Below, in pieces: positions 19,161 to 20,000 of a stretch of 20,000 nt of DNA. The notes beneath the pieces are model-generated. The model was not told the origin of the DNA, did no database searches, and was given only the letters and a program-made list of their open reading frames with translations. The position numbers and the translations under genes were made by a program. The stretch comes from Savitreella phatthalungensis (Eukaryota), in assembly GCA_051599415.1 (NCBI GenBank), contig AP039702.1, positions 418,964-438,963 of the forward strand, given 5' to 3'. The first letter of the stretch is position 1, and every line of letters begins with the position of its first letter.

Positions 19161-19410
19161 TGCAGGTAATGGCGTTTGACAGATGTGTTGCAGGTAAAGG
19201 CGTTTGGCAGATGTGTTGCAGGTAAAGATGTTTGACAGGTGTCAGTGCAGGTAACAGCATTTGACAGGCAACATGCAGGTAACGGCATTTGGCAGGAGAC
19301 GGTGCATTTGAAGATGAAACAGATGGATGCAGGTAACAGCGTAAGGCAGGTATCATGCGGGTAACAGCATTTGGCAGGGGACGGTGCAGTTGCAGATGAA
19401 ACAGATGGCA
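19161..19410 (+). repeat. ~28-bp subtelomeric minisatellite (7 units, core TGCAGGTAACRGCRTTTGRCAG) with an 82-bp higher-order duplication
   Basis: Units start at 19161, 19189, 19217, 19246, 19274, 19328 and 19356. 19274-19326 is repeated at 19356-19408, including the GACGGTGCA...AGATGAAACAGATGG extension. Confidence 0.9.
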
Positions 19411-19517
19411 GGGTTTTTAAGAGTAGGAATGTGGGGAGCAAATGGCATGGGATTTGTCAGGTAAACGGGGGGAAGAGTGTCAGATAGATGAGGGTTTGAG
19501 AGCAGGAGTACGGCGGA

Positions 19518-19569
19518 GAGAGGAGCAGCAGAGAGGAGCAGCAGAGAGGAGCAGCAGAGAGGAGCAGCA
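19518..19569 (+). repeat. (GAGAGGAGCAGCA)4 perfect 13-bp tandem repeat
   Basis: Four exact copies read directly. Confidence 0.95.
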
Positions 19570-19661
19570 AGATGATGATAATGTTGAAGACCAGCAGGGG
19601 CATATGCGTGCGGACAAGTGTAGTGTAGCAAGGCAGCAGGCGTGAGCAAAGAAACAAGGTT

Positions 19662-19689
19662 AGCAAGCAAGCAAGCGAGCAAGCAAGCA
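19662..19689 (+). repeat. (AGCA)7 microsatellite with one AGCG unit
   Basis: Read directly. Confidence 0.9.
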
Positions 19690-19741
19690 AAGCGGAGCAA
19701 GGGTTGGGGCATTGATTAGTTTGACGGCGGTTAGTTTTTGT

Positions 19742-19771
19742 GGGTCAGGGTCAGGGTCAGGGTCAGGGTCA
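19742..19771 (+). repeat. (GGGTCA)5 variant telomeric repeats
   Basis: Five exact copies followed by T8, then the canonical array. Confidence 0.9.
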
Positions 19772-19779
19772 TTTTTTTT

Positions 19780-19901
19780 GGGTTAGGTTTAGGGTTAGGG
19801 TTAGGGTTAGGGTTAGGGTTAGGGTTAGGGTTAGGGTTAGGGTTAGGGTTAGGGTTAGGGTTAGGGTTAGGGTTAGGGTTAGGGTTAGGGTTAGGGTTAG
19901 G
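19780..19901 (+). repeat. Telomere (TTAGGG)n, G-strand pointing to the right end
   Basis: 18 perfect TTAGGG units at 19789-19896, with imperfect units on each side. Confidence 0.97.
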
Positions 19902-20000
19902 CAGTTAGGCAGAAGTAGTTTAACCTTAGCAATAGTCTGAGAAGTACAGTAAAGTGTCAAAGTAGTCTTAACCTTAGCAATACGTAAAATGAACGAGTAG
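19902..20000 (+). other. Sequencing artefact: two garbled copies of Oxford Nanopore native barcode (NB06-like) plus flank and ligation adapter
   Basis: aggcagaagtagt-ttaacctt-agcaata and aaagtagtc-ttaacctt-agcaatacgtaaaatgaacgagt resemble, from memory, ...AGGCAGAAAGTAGTC + TTAACCTT + AGCAATACGTAACTGAACGAAGT. Confidence 0.88.

Larger units (their letters stand above)
18120..19741. other. Non-coding subtelomeric domain: CpG-depleted, purine-rich on +, repeat-rich
   Basis: No credible ORF. About 0-3 CpG per 60-nt line by eye versus about 5-6 in a sampled line of the adjacent WSC gene. It contains several short tandem arrays. The left boundary is approximate. Confidence 0.8.

Noticed and set aside
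19161..19410. CRISPR-like array, or recursive splice sites (CAG|GTAA) in the 28-bp repeat
   Set aside because: The context is eukaryotic, there are no unique spacers of proper length and no cas genes, and nothing indicates transcription. It is an ordinary minisatellite pattern.
18626..19960. Leu/Cys/Pro-rich minus-strand ORFs and the (RV)n/(LT)n ORFs
   Set aside because: These are by-products of strand-biased repeats and telomere hexamers, with no domain signal.
19902..20000. Interstitial telomere, telomere-inserted retroelement or CRISPR-like repeat-spacer-repeat after the TTAGGG array
   Set aside because: The repeated 22-23-mer matches ONT barcode, flank and adapter sequence, so it is technical rather than biological.

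Overview
Gene-dense, apparently intron-free fungal DNA running into a right-hand chromosome end. The Snf21-like and Dhr1-like N-termini hint at an early-diverging ascomycete (Taphrinomycotina), which is inference only. Gene order: Ist2/TMEM16 anoctamin (minus strand, runs off the left edge, absent from the ORF track), a truncated Gyp5-type TBC gene, a small signal-anchor orphan, a Snf2/Sth1-family remodeller, an Sdt1/Phm8-type HAD nucleotidase, an orphan with two atypical tandem CCHC knuckles, a LIM-RhoGAP, the DEAH helicase Dhr1/Ecm16 and a secreted two-WSC protein. Then come ~1.9 kb of non-coding subtelomere (CpG-eroded, with minisatellites), (GGGTCA)5 variant repeats and 18 perfect TTAGGG units. 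The last ~100 bp match an untrimmed Oxford Nanopore native barcode (NB06-like) plus adapter, so the telomere is terminal rather than interstitial. The best leads are the subtelomere-restricted CpG-to-TpG/CpA decay, the novel knuckle orphan and the very short subtelomere next to housekeeping genes.
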